Assembly: GCA_046075565.1 (NCBI GenBank)
Contig: JBJTQJ010000100.1
Location: 1 to 63,181, forward strand
Length of the DNA: 63,181 bases
Source of the DNA: Verrucomicrobiales bacterium
GTDB taxonomy: Bacteria; Verrucomicrobiota; Verrucomicrobiia; Verrucomicrobiales; SLCJ01
Direction: 5' to 3'
Both the position numbers and the translations under genes were made by a program. Each line of letters opens with the position of its first letter. Within the stretch, counting starts at the first letter, position 1. This document shows positions 19,377 through 29,726 of the stretch, piece after piece. The notes beneath the pieces are model-generated. The model was not told the origin of the DNA. It saw only the letters and a list, made by a program, of their open reading frames with translations, and did no database searches.

Positions 19377-21338
19377 ATGCGCGACCACGTCTGCACCTTC
19401 TTCCATTCCAGACGATGGTGGGTCTATACTTTGCTCGCTGTGCTATTTGTTTTCGCCATGCGGGTGCACTGGATCGACGGAAGCGTTTCCCGATTGCCCT
19501 ACTGGGATGAATTGCCGGCTGAACTCGTGACGGAAGCGAAGCGCGCTCCCGGAGAGTCTCCCGGAATCCGGGAATTGGCCAGCCCCCACAATGAACACCG
19601 CATCCTCTGGCAACGTTTGCTGGGGCGAGCTCTTCTTCACGCCAACGATCGCGTTTGGGATACCCGGGTGCGCTGTATGGCCAACGCCTTGATCGCGGCG
19701 CTCTACGCGGGTTTGCTGGCGAATGCTTTCCGCGCCGGTCAAGATGGCCGCACCGGACATTTTCTTTTCTGGCCGACCATAGTGCTGGTGGCCAGTCCTA
19801 TCGCTTACCAGAATATCACTTTTGGATTCCAGGCATCTTTCCACCTCCAGATGTTGTTTTCCATCATGGCCTTTGTGGGAATGGCCGGTTCATCCTGGCG
19901 GAGACCGCTCTGGTGGCTAGGTCTCATTTGCGCATTCGCCGCGATCTTCACCAATGGTTCCGGCTTTTTCACGGGTCCCGTGCTGCTTGTCTGGTGCGCC
20001 CTCGCGCTCGCCCGTCGGGAGGATGGCAAATGGTTCTCCGATGTCCGTGGGAATCTTCGGCGGCAGCTTCCCACCATCATCGCTTCTCTTCTCGTGCTCG
20101 CCGTCGGTCTTGCCCTCATCTATCGGCCGGAACATGCCGCCGGACAGGAAGCCTCGGGCATCGGGGAGTTTTTCCATGGCCTCGGAAAACATCTGGCGTG
20201 GCCATGGCAGAACCAGCCGTGGCTTGGCCCCTTGATTTGGGTGCCGTTCTTCGTGCTTTCGCTCCTCACACTTTTTGGGAGGATGAATGGGAATTTCTTT
20301 GCCGCTTCGCGGTTTACCGCCTGTATGGGGGGCTGGATACTGCTCCAGTTGCTTGCGATGGCCTACGTTCGGGGAGCCAATGCCGTGGGACCGGTGTCCC
20401 GCTATGAAGACTTCCATCTGTTAGGCATTGCCACGAACATCGCCGCCCTCGTGCTGGTTGTCACGAGCCTGTCCGCTTCTCCTCGCCGTATCGTTTCCTT
20501 CCTGTTGCCAACCGGTGCGATTCTCTGGGGCGCGACGACCCTCTCGGGACTCTTCGTGTTGGCCTCGTGGGCATGGCGATTCGAGTTGCCCGACTACCGT
20601 GCCTTTGGTGAATTGCGCGAACGGAATACCGCCCGCTTCACCCGCGATGGAGACGCCACCGTATTTGACGGCTATGTCTCGCGTTTTCATCTGCCCTACG
20701 ACGAACTTGAAGCGCTAAAGTCATGGCTTGCCGATCCGGCGGTCGTCGCCGTGCTTCCCGGGAGTTTTCACACGTCGCCCGAGGCCGTGGAGAATGCCAC
20801 CCGCACCGGAGCGTGTCTGGATTCCAAGTTGCCCGATGGTATGGTCGTTCCTCCGGGGGAGCGGTTGCTCGCATCGAGTTTTGATCGTTCGGATGGTCCC
20901 GCGGGCAAGGACGCGCAGGTGATGAGCGGCCCCATCCAGGCGCAATCCGGTGCCTTCCGGCTTTTCTACCTCGGCATGGATACCGGGGGATCGCTCAAGT
21001 TGCGCCTGAGACCGGAGGGCAAAGGCAAGCCCATCGAGATTCCCACGATGCGACGCCACGGAACTTCCACCTGGATGCCCATTACAGTGGATGTTGATCC
21101 GGAAAAAACCTACCGACTTGAATTCAGGGATGCCTCGCGCCTCGGTTGGGGCGCGGTCACCTTGCCTACCAACGAGCCGCCGCTTTCACGCCTCGCAGAT
21201 CAGGCGGGGAAATTCGCTTTGCCCGTGGGTGTCTTTTCCATGCTATTGATTCTCTCCTTCGCCATTGCCAATGCTCCTGCGCATCTACCATCTCACCCAC
21301 TTCAGATATCGCGCCCCCGTGAGCGGGAGTTCAAATGA
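19377..21338 (+). CDS. Polytopic membrane protein with large C-terminal extracytoplasmic domain (GT-C-like?)
   Basis: About 10 or more hydrophobic segments; LPYWDE...PHNEHR in first loop; SRY after a late TM. Confidence 0.6.
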   Translation: MRDHVCTFFHSRRWWVYTLLAVLFVFAMRVHWIDGSVSRLPYWDELPAELVTEAKRAPGESPGIRELASPHNEHRILWQRLLGRALLHANDRVWDTRVRCMANALIAALYAGLLANAFRAGQDGRTGHFLFWPTIVLVASPIAYQNITFGFQASFHLQMLFSIMAFVGMAGSSWRRPLWWLGLICAFAAIFTNGSGFFTGPVLLVWCALALARREDGKWFSDVRGNLRRQLPTIIASLLVLAVGLALIYRPEHAAGQEASGIGEFFHGLGKHLAWPWQNQPWLGPLIWVPFFVLSLLTLFGRMNGNFFAASRFTACMGGWILLQLLAMAYVRGANAVGPVSRYEDFHLLGIATNIAALVLVVTSLSASPRRIVSFLLPTGAILWGATTLSGLFVLASWAWRFELPDYRAFGELRERNTARFTRDGDATVFDGYVSRFHLPYDELEALKSWLADPAVVAVLPGSFHTSPEAVENATRTGACLDSKLPDGMVVPPGERLLASSFDRSDGPAGKDAQVMSGPIQAQSGAFRLFYLGMDTGGSLKLRLRPEGKGKPIEIPTMRRHGTSTWMPITVDVDPEKTYRLEFRDASRLGWGAVTLPTNEPPLSRLADQAGKFALPVGVFSMLLILSFAIANAPAHLPSHPLQISRPREREFK

Positions 21339-22119
21339 ATTGCGGCTGCATCCCGTCAGCAGCGATCCGAAACGGCTGCCGTTTTTCCTGCTGAATATCC
21401 AGCCACCGACACGGTTGCGGCATTTCCGCGACAATTTCCTCAATCAGGTGCACTGGTTCGAGCTGCCGGAGCCGCACACCGAACTCCGCATCGAGGCAAC
21501 CAGCAAAGTCCATACCACTTCGACTTATGCGAACGGAATGCCCGCTCCGGTTGATTTCTCCATGCTGGCTCACGATGCCGCAGCGGACAGTCTCTATCCA
21601 TTTCTCGGTTCCAGCCCATATATAACCCTCGATCCCGAACTTTGGCGTTTGGCACTCGATATCCGCGACGCCCAACCGGAAGTCTTCGCGACCGTCCGCG
21701 CCATCATGGAATATCTGCACTCCACATGGAAATATGACTCTTCGACAACCCATGTGGGCACCACCGCCTCCGAAGCCATTGCCATTCAATCCGGGGTATG
21801 CCAGGATTTCGCCCATGGCATGATCGGGCTTTGCCGTTCGCTTGGTATTCCCGCGCGTTATGTGAGCGGATATTTACATGATGGATCAGGCGGGCTTCGC
21901 GGCGGTCAAGCCAGCCACGCGTGGTGCGAGGTTCATTTGCCCGGGCAAGGGTGGTTCGGTCTTGATCCGACCAATCGATGTCTGGCCGATGAACGTCATG
22001 TGAAAATCGCCACTGGGCGAGATTATGCAGATGCCGCTCCCATCCGCGGAACGCTCACCGGACCGGCCAATGCCACCCGAGAAATGAGTGTGGATGTCGA
22101 AATCGAGAGACTGGACTAA
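21271..22119 (+). CDS. Bacterial transglutaminase-like protein
   Basis: IYHLTHFRY N-domain; GVCQDFAH, PARYVSGY, SHAWCEV, DPTN, GRDYAD. Confidence 0.9.
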   Translation: MLLRIYHLTHFRYRAPVSGSSNELRLHPVSSDPKRLPFFLLNIQPPTRLRHFRDNFLNQVHWFELPEPHTELRIEATSKVHTTSTYANGMPAPVDFSMLAHDAAADSLYPFLGSSPYITLDPELWRLALDIRDAQPEVFATVRAIMEYLHSTWKYDSSTTHVGTTASEAIAIQSGVCQDFAHGMIGLCRSLGIPARYVSGYLHDGSGGLRGGQASHAWCEVHLPGQGWFGLDPTNRCLADERHVKIATGRDYADAAPIRGTLTGPANATREMSVDVEIERLD

Positions 22120-22175
22120 GCTGGCGCGCAGGCGCGTTGCGTGGCGCCAGGAATCTGCATTGTAACAAAATGCAA

Positions 22176-22355
22176 ATCGAAATCGAAATCGGGATCGCCA
22201 TCGAAATCGATACGGCAGGCCAGGAATTCTTCCCGTATAGAATAGCCACATCGCTGCTATCTGGGACACATAGCCTACGGCCAAGTGATGGACGTCCAGC
22301 CTTTCGTGTCCCAAGGCCCTGCGTTTTCGATAGCGATAGCGATTTCGATCCCGAT
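22176..22355. repeat. Inverted arrays of ATCGNN hexamers between convergent genes
   Basis: atcgaaatcgaaatcgggatcgccatcgaaatcgat (22176-22211) and ttttcgatagcgatagcgatttcgatcccgat (22324-22355). Confidence 0.7.
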
Positions 22356-22371
22356 GAAAGTGACTCCCGGG

Positions 22372-23238
22372 TCAGGGACGCGGCGTCACGCAGATGGTCT
22401 GGCCGACATGGGTCCATAAAGTCGGACCGAATTCCTCTTTCGCCCGCATGGCGAGATTCTCGCCGCCATGTTGGGTCGCGAGAATCGCGAGAACGGTCGA
22501 ACCGGATCCGCTCATCAGGGCAGCGTGGCACTCCTGTTGTTCGAGCAACCACATTTTCATGAGAGCGAGGACCGGGTATTTCGCGAAGACGGGACGCTCG
22601 AGGTCGTTCTCCATCTCTCCCCATGGGCAGAGTTGCGGTGCATAGAGCACGCCCGGAATTTCAGGGGCATCTTTCCATCGTCCATAGGCCTCGGGTGTGG
22701 AAACCCCGAAGTCGGGCTTGAGCAAAACAACGGGAAGTTCCCAGTCATCAGCGACCGGTGTGATGCACTCGCCGCGTCCGGAACAATCGCAGGGTTTTCC
22801 ATGGATAAAAAACGGGACGTCCGAGCCGATGGCGGCGGCAAGAGCGAGCAGGGTTTCTTCTCCGAGATTCGTTCCGAGGAGGTGGTCGAGCCCGCGCAAC
22901 GTGGCGGCCGCGTCGCTGCTCCCGCCACCGAGTCCGGCCCCAGAGGGGATTTTTTTGGTCAGGATGATCCGCACATCGACCGCGCGATTTGTTTCTTCGC
23001 GGAACACTCGGGCGGCTTTCGCCACCAGATTCTCTTCGCCCGGTTTCGGAGTCCAGTCGGCGCCTTCGACGACGAGTTCAAGCCCCCGACCTTTCGGCAG
23101 AGTCTGGATGTGCAGCAAGTCGCAGAGGGAAAGGGGAGTCATCCGTGTGCGCACCTCATGAAAACCATCGTCGCGTTTCCCCAGCACCCAGAGGGAGAGG
23201 TTGGTTTTGGCGTGGGCGGCGAGAGTGAGCGACGGCAT
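22372..23238 (-). CDS. ispE: 4-diphosphocytidyl-2-C-methyl-D-erythritol kinase
   Basis: AKTNLSL, KKIPSGAGLGGGSSDAA, GSDVPFF, NDLE, MSGSGST. Confidence 0.95.
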   Translation of the reverse strand: MPSLTLAAHAKTNLSLWVLGKRDDGFHEVRTRMTPLSLCDLLHIQTLPKGRGLELVVEGADWTPKPGEENLVAKAARVFREETNRAVDVRIILTKKIPSGAGLGGGSSDAAATLRGLDHLLGTNLGEETLLALAAAIGSDVPFFIHGKPCDCSGRGECITPVADDWELPVVLLKPDFGVSTPEAYGRWKDAPEIPGVLYAPQLCPWGEMENDLERPVFAKYPVLALMKMWLLEQQECHAALMSGSGSTVLAILATQHGGENLAMRAKEEFGPTLWTHVGQTICVTPRP

Positions 23239-23369
23239 GATGTGAATTTACCTTCAGGCCGCCGCCGGGAAAGAGGAAATGCGCGTGTCGGGGGGGTGAA
23301 GTTTACATCGGCGGCGGGTTAGGGTGAATCCTCTCGCCAGAGACTGCATCGCGTGCGATTGTTTCCCAA

Positions 23370-23642
23370 GTGCAGGCCAAACGCATCCATTTCGAAGGTC
23401 GCGTCCAAGGAGTCGGTTTCCGTTACCAAACGAAACAGATTGCCATGGGCTTTGAAGTGACCGGATGGGTGCAGAATCTGCCTGACGGACGCGTGGAAAT
23501 GGAAGTCATGGGACCAGACGATGAGGTCGCGGCATTTCTCGCGGCCATCGAAGACAGCGATCTCAACGGACTCATTCGCAAACGGGAAATCCTCGATATT
23601 GCGCCCGTCGCAGGTCTCCGTGGATTCGAAATTCGCAGGTGA
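23370..23642 (+). CDS. acyP: Acylphosphatase
   Basis: [21 protein letters not shown]. Confidence 0.93.
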   Translation: MQAKRIHFEGRVQGVGFRYQTKQIAMGFEVTGWVQNLPDGRVEMEVMGPDDEVAAFLAAIEDSDLNGLIRKREILDIAPVAGLRGFEIRR

Positions 23643-23654
23643 CAGCAGTGAAAC

Positions 23655-24374
23655 TCAAGGCGGGCCCGGTCGTTTCGGAGCATCCAAACCGGGGAAGAGC
23701 TTCCCGCCACCGTCGTTGTCGCGGCGCGGTCCGCGCTCAGGACGCTGCGGGGATGATAGTGATTTCTTCGCCGCTTCTTTCTCCTCCTCGTTCAGCACAC
23801 CGTCGCCATCCTTGTCGAATCGGCGGAGGATTTCCTCGCGACGTTGTTGCCATTTTTGCCTCAGTTCAGCCTCGGCGGCCTGTCTCTCGGCATCATCGAG
23901 ATTGCCATCGCCATTGGTGTCGAACTTCTTCCGCAATTCCTCTTTCGAGTTCTTCAGATGGTCCTCCCACGCGAGACGCATGGCCTTGCGTTCTTCTTCA
24001 TCGAGTTTTCCATCCTTGTCTTTGTCGAATCTCTGGAGGAGTTCGCGACGGTGGTTCATTTCTTTCTGGCGCAGGTCCTCCCGAGCGGATTTCATTTCTT
24101 GCGGACTGAGTTTACCATCCCCATCGGCATCGTGGGTTTGGAAAAGAGCGCGCCTGGCTTCGGGCGGCAGAGAAAGAAATCCTCCGAGCGGGCGATGCTC
24201 GCGGCCATCCTTGGCCTCTTTGTTCCAAGCCGGCCCGCCGTCCGCAGGGGGACCTAGGGCACGATCGCCGGGGCGGCCGGGGCCGTCCGGACGAGGACGT
24301 GGTCCAGCCGGCTGCGCCCAAGCGGGCACGGCGAGGAGGAGGACCAAGCAACCAACGGACAGGGGAATCTTCAT
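23655..24374 (-). CDS. Secreted EF-hand repeat protein
   Basis: Signal peptide; four loops DADGDGKLSPQE, DKDKDGKLDEEE, DTNGDGNLDDAE, DKDGDGVLNEEE. Confidence 0.85.
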   Translation of the reverse strand: MKIPLSVGCLVLLLAVPAWAQPAGPRPRPDGPGRPGDRALGPPADGGPAWNKEAKDGREHRPLGGFLSLPPEARRALFQTHDADGDGKLSPQEMKSAREDLRQKEMNHRRELLQRFDKDKDGKLDEEERKAMRLAWEDHLKNSKEELRKKFDTNGDGNLDDAERQAAEAELRQKWQQRREEILRRFDKDGDGVLNEEEKEAAKKSLSSPQRPERGPRRDNDGGGKLFPGLDAPKRPGPP

Positions 24375-24436
24375 AGTGAGGAGACCGGGTATGACGATGG
24401 GTATAAACCCGCGCCGACCGCGCCGGTTGCGGTCAA

Positions 24437-24796
24437 TTACCGCTTTGGGAAAAGCCGGTCATGCAGTTGGTGGAGGAACCGCTCCTCGGGTTGGGTCAGC
24501 CCGTCGGCCGCGAGGACCTTTCCGAGCCATTCAAGGGCGACGGATTCCTGGCCGTCGTTCTGGATCACGGACACCCGCTCGTCGAGGAATTTCCGGGTGG
24601 CTTCGTTCGAGGCGGCGGCGTTGCGCGCACTGGCAAAGGCGTTCAGAATGCAAATTTCTTTCGGCTTCTCGCTTGCCCAGCCGAGGGAAAGCAGGGCGGT
24701 CTCAATGGCGGCATCCTCGGCCATTGAAAGATGGTCGTCGAGATAGAGTGAGAGGAAAAGGAGCTCGATGATGGCTTCGCGGCTGGTTTGGAGCAT
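24437..24796 (-). CDS. Small helical hypothetical protein (TerB-like)
   Basis: YLDDHLSMAE and AADGLTQPEERFL resemble the two TerB acidic motifs; start moved to ATG 24796. Confidence 0.55.
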   Translation of the reverse strand: MLQTSREAIIELLFLSLYLDDHLSMAEDAAIETALLSLGWASEKPKEICILNAFASARNAAASNEATRKFLDERVSVIQNDGQESVALEWLGKVLAADGLTQPEERFLHQLHDRLFPKR

Positions 24797-24806
24797 GGAT
24801 TGGAAG

Positions 24807-25715
24807 TTAGAGGGATTGAATGAGCGACTCGAGGCGGCGTCCGTATTCGACGAAATTCTCGTATTGGCGGCGCGCCTTCTCCACGGGGTCCTCGGCATCT
24901 TTGGATTCCGTATCGTGGAAAACCACCGCCATGTGGGGCTCGATGGAAACCCAGCCATCGTAGCCGCGGGACTTCAGGTCGGCGAGCACGTCGCGCACGC
25001 GGCCATCGCCTTCACCCGGCCAGGTGTAATCGGCGTCGTTTTTCGCGGGATTCCAGACACAGTCCTTGATGTGGATGTGGGCGATGTGCTCACGGATGGC
25101 GAGATAAAACGCCCATGGGTCCTGCATGGCACCCGAAACCGGACGGTCGCGGTCCAGATTGAAGACCGGATTGGCCGTATCAAAAACAAGCTTGAATCCG
25201 GGAATGGCGTCGAGCAGTTCGAGCGTCCGGCTGATGCCCATGCCGCCATAGTTCATGCAATTTTCATGCACGGCGATGAGCCCGGCGTCGGTTAGCCGTT
25301 GATTGATTTCTTTCAGCCGGCGGATGCGTTCCTTGACCATTTGGTCGGGGTGGTCCGAACCATCGGCGTTTTTCCGCACCGCATAAGACATGATCCGGAT
25401 GTGGGTCGTGCCAAGCCGCTGGGCACGGGGAATAAGCCGGGAAAGTTGGTCGAGGGTCAGGTCAAAGGGTTCTTCGATCGAGCGTGCCCAATTGGCCACC
25501 GTCGAGCCGATGGCCGGAACACTCACCCCGGATGCTTCGATTTCAGCGGCAACGGCCTCGAATTCCGCTTCTGGCAATTCATGGATGGAGGCGGCTTTCC
25601 CTCCGGCAACGGCCGCATTGCGCGATTCGATGGCATTCCACGCGAGTTCCTGGACGGCGCGGATTTGCACTCCGATTTCGGAGCCTGCTTCGTCGGTGAT
25701 ACCGGTCAGTTTCAT
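24807..25715 (-). CDS. Sugar-phosphate isomerase/epimerase (AP-endonuclease-2 TIM barrel)
   Basis: GITDEA, VHEN, FDTAN, HIHIKD, GEGDG, SIEPH. Confidence 0.85.
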   Translation of the reverse strand: MKLTGITDEAGSEIGVQIRAVQELAWNAIESRNAAVAGGKAASIHELPEAEFEAVAAEIEASGVSVPAIGSTVANWARSIEEPFDLTLDQLSRLIPRAQRLGTTHIRIMSYAVRKNADGSDHPDQMVKERIRRLKEINQRLTDAGLIAVHENCMNYGGMGISRTLELLDAIPGFKLVFDTANPVFNLDRDRPVSGAMQDPWAFYLAIREHIAHIHIKDCVWNPAKNDADYTWPGEGDGRVRDVLADLKSRGYDGWVSIEPHMAVVFHDTESKDAEDPVEKARRQYENFVEYGRRLESLIQSL

Positions 25716-25728
25716 GGAAAGATGAGGC

Positions 25729-26943
<1,215 letters not shown>

Positions 26944-27011
26944 TCAGGGAAAAATTTGAACCCGGTAAATTTGGGCGGGGCGGGGGATTTGTCCATCCCG
27001 GAAATGACCCC

Positions 27012-29726
27012 CTATTTCCCTGATTTCGCTTTGGCAAAGCGGCTGCGGCGTCGGGCGGCTTCGGCTTCCTCTTCGGCGGCGGCAGATTCCTTCGGCGGCT
27101 CGACGGGAGCGGGTTTCACCTTGACCGGTTTCGCCTTGCGGGCGGCTTTCGGAAGGTTGGCGGGATCGAAGCCACCTTCGGCCACCGCGCGTTTTTTCCA
27201 GGTCCATTGCCAGCGGGTCTGCCAGGCGTCGAGCAGGAGCAGGAGCATGACCGCGATGCAAAGGGGGAGCCGCAGGTCCACCCGTTGGCCGACTTCGGGC
27301 TTCAGCCAGGCTTGGGCGAGGTCGATCAGTTCCCGGCCGCCGGTGGTCCGGGAAACCGCCTGCAACTCCTCGAGACGTTCCGGTTCGAAGGCCCATTCGG
27401 CCGATACCCCGAGGGCGAGTGGTCCGAATCCAGCGGTGTGGCCGCCCGCTTGGATGGCCCCGCGCACGACTTCGTTTTCCTGCAGTTCGAGGGAAGCGGT
27501 GAATTCTCCGGGTGAGATCCGTTGCCAAGGCACATCGCGCACGGTGGTCATTTCACTTTCGATGGCGAGTTTCAAGATTGGAGGCTCCTTCGCGAGGCGC
27601 CGCGCCCAGTCGTCGTTGGCGTAGGATAGGCGGACCGACAAACGGTTGCCCTCGATGCGGTGGCTCAAACCCAGCCCCGGTGGCATGGCCGGGCCGACCA
27701 ACCAACGGGCGAGGGTTTTCAGAAAATCGGAGTAGCCCGGCCATGCCCGGGAGGCTGCCGATTGGTCGCCAGCCAGAGGGAAACTTACCGCTGCCGTGCG
27801 ACCCAACCCACGTCGGAGGGTGGCCACGAGGGGCGCCGAGTATTCATCACCGGTAGCCAACGAAACCGCAGCACCATCGCGGGCATAAGAGAGATTGTAA
27901 CCATCCACTGCGGGCAACCAGTCGAGCGATTGACCCGAGACTTCGGCCCAGTTGCCGGTCACTTTTGCGGGTGTGCTTTCCGTGATAAACGCGCTCCGGG
28001 CCACCGTCACCGTTTCCATCGCGAAGAGCTGCGGGATTTGTTCCGCCTTTTCAGTAAACTGGATGCGCCCGCCGCCGAGTTTCGCGATGTCTTTCAGCAG
28101 TGCTGCATCGACATCCTTGTCCGTGCCCATACCAATTACGGAAATGGTGGCTCCGCCGGCGCGCATGTCCTTGATCAATTCCTTGTATTCGCCCGGCTCT
28201 TCGGAGTCGGCGGCATCCGAAAAAAGAATCAGATGCCGCGTTCCGGCGGTCGAGCGCTTCAGTTCTTTCCATGCCGTCGAGAGTCCTTCGTAAACATAAA
28301 TACCGCCACCTCCCGTTTGGATAGAGCGAGTTTTGGCGATCATTTCCCCGCGTTTCTCGGCCACCTTGGCCATTCTCACGATTTCGTGCGCCGAGGTATC
28401 CACGGCGAAAACACAGACCTCATCCATGACTCCTAACAATTCGATGGTTGAAGCCGCGCCGGTATTCGCGAGATCCATCTTGGTCAAAACCTTGCCGCCC
28501 GGACCTGGCACCGTAGCGCCCATCGAGCCCGAGCGATCAAGCACGATAGCCATGGCGACCGCGAGTTTGCGGTGTTCGCTCTTGAGTTCCATCGAAACGG
28601 GCAAAAGGGGATCGACGGGGGATTGGAAGTAACCGCCGGAACCGAAGGAATGTTTGCCCCCGGCCATGAGCAATCCCGCGCCCTGTTCGCGCACATGGAA
28701 ATCGAGCGCATCGAGAAACGGACGCGGCACATCGAAGGCCGGCACATCATTGAAGACGACCGCGCGCGCTCCAGTCAATCTCCCGGCATCGAGTTCTTTC
28801 GTTTCGGTGACCAATTCGACTTCCAGACCTTGTCCGCGGAAAACCTCCGCCATCGGATCGTCAGGAAAACGTGTGAGCAGAAGCACCCGTGGGCCGCCTT
28901 CGATCTGCACACGGGCTTTGGCCACGTTGTTGGCGGGGTGGGGGTCGTTGGGCACGAGCAATGTCGCCTCGTAAACATGACTGCCCCCGCTGTCGATGCG
29001 GTCCACCATTTCGAGCGATCCTCGTCCGGCCTTGAGTTGCACCGACGCCTCCCCGGCCGGTTGCCCATTTCTGGTAAACCGCACCGGCACCACGGCGTCA
29101 CCGTCTCCGGTCACCGTGACACGCAACACAAAGGCCTCGCCCGGTTGCGCACGCGCCGGAGCCTCGAAGCGACTCAGACGGGTGTCGCCATCGGCAATTT
29201 GTCCGAACCTCCGGAAATCGAGCGGGATGCCTTCCGCTTGCAACTTCGTCGCCGCTTCGCCGAGTGGTTCGGTGGCGAACCCATCGGTCATTACCAGCAC
29301 CCGCGCCGGGCGATCCTTGTCCTGTCTCGCCAGCACATGACTGATCGCCTGGGCCGTCCGGGTCGCGCCGCGCCGCGAGGAATACAACGACGTGCCGCCA
29401 TCCGGTGGCGCGGGAATCACATCGGCGGCGAAGTCGAGGAAGTGCAACTCATCACGACGGCCGGGTTTTGCCTGCATGAGCAATCGCCGCCACTCCGGCA
29501 AATCGCGATCAACGGCATCTTCCGTCGAAGCCGAACGATCAAGCAAGACCCAAAGGTCCAGTCCGCCGCTACGGCTCGGTAAACGCGGATCCGCTAACAG
29601 AATCACCGCCATGACTAGTGCGGCAGCCCGCAGCGGGCGCGCCACCCCAAGCCCCGGCCACCGCCACGCCAGAAAGGCCAGCGCGGGCAGGAGGATGAAC
29701 CATTCGGGGGCATCGAAAGTGATCAT
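27012..29726 (-). CDS. Membrane protein with two vWA domains and a glutamine-amidotransferase-like domain
   Basis: DRSAS/TDG and DRSGS/SDA MIDAS motifs; GLLMAGGKHSFGSGGY...LLPV; terminal TM segments. Confidence 0.85.
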   Translation of the reverse strand: MITFDAPEWFILLPALAFLAWRWPGLGVARPLRAAALVMAVILLADPRLPSRSGGLDLWVLLDRSASTEDAVDRDLPEWRRLLMQAKPGRRDELHFLDFAADVIPAPPDGGTSLYSSRRGATRTAQAISHVLARQDKDRPARVLVMTDGFATEPLGEAATKLQAEGIPLDFRRFGQIADGDTRLSRFEAPARAQPGEAFVLRVTVTGDGDAVVPVRFTRNGQPAGEASVQLKAGRGSLEMVDRIDSGGSHVYEATLLVPNDPHPANNVAKARVQIEGGPRVLLLTRFPDDPMAEVFRGQGLEVELVTETKELDAGRLTGARAVVFNDVPAFDVPRPFLDALDFHVREQGAGLLMAGGKHSFGSGGYFQSPVDPLLPVSMELKSEHRKLAVAMAIVLDRSGSMGATVPGPGGKVLTKMDLANTGAASTIELLGVMDEVCVFAVDTSAHEIVRMAKVAEKRGEMIAKTRSIQTGGGGIYVYEGLSTAWKELKRSTAGTRHLILFSDAADSEEPGEYKELIKDMRAGGATISVIGMGTDKDVDAALLKDIAKLGGGRIQFTEKAEQIPQLFAMETVTVARSAFITESTPAKVTGNWAEVSGQSLDWLPAVDGYNLSYARDGAAVSLATGDEYSAPLVATLRRGLGRTAAVSFPLAGDQSAASRAWPGYSDFLKTLARWLVGPAMPPGLGLSHRIEGNRLSVRLSYANDDWARRLAKEPPILKLAIESEMTTVRDVPWQRISPGEFTASLELQENEVVRGAIQAGGHTAGFGPLALGVSAEWAFEPERLEELQAVSRTTGGRELIDLAQAWLKPEVGQRVDLRLPLCIAVMLLLLLDAWQTRWQWTWKKRAVAEGGFDPANLPKAARKAKPVKVKPAPVEPPKESAAAEEEAEAARRRSRFAKAKSGK

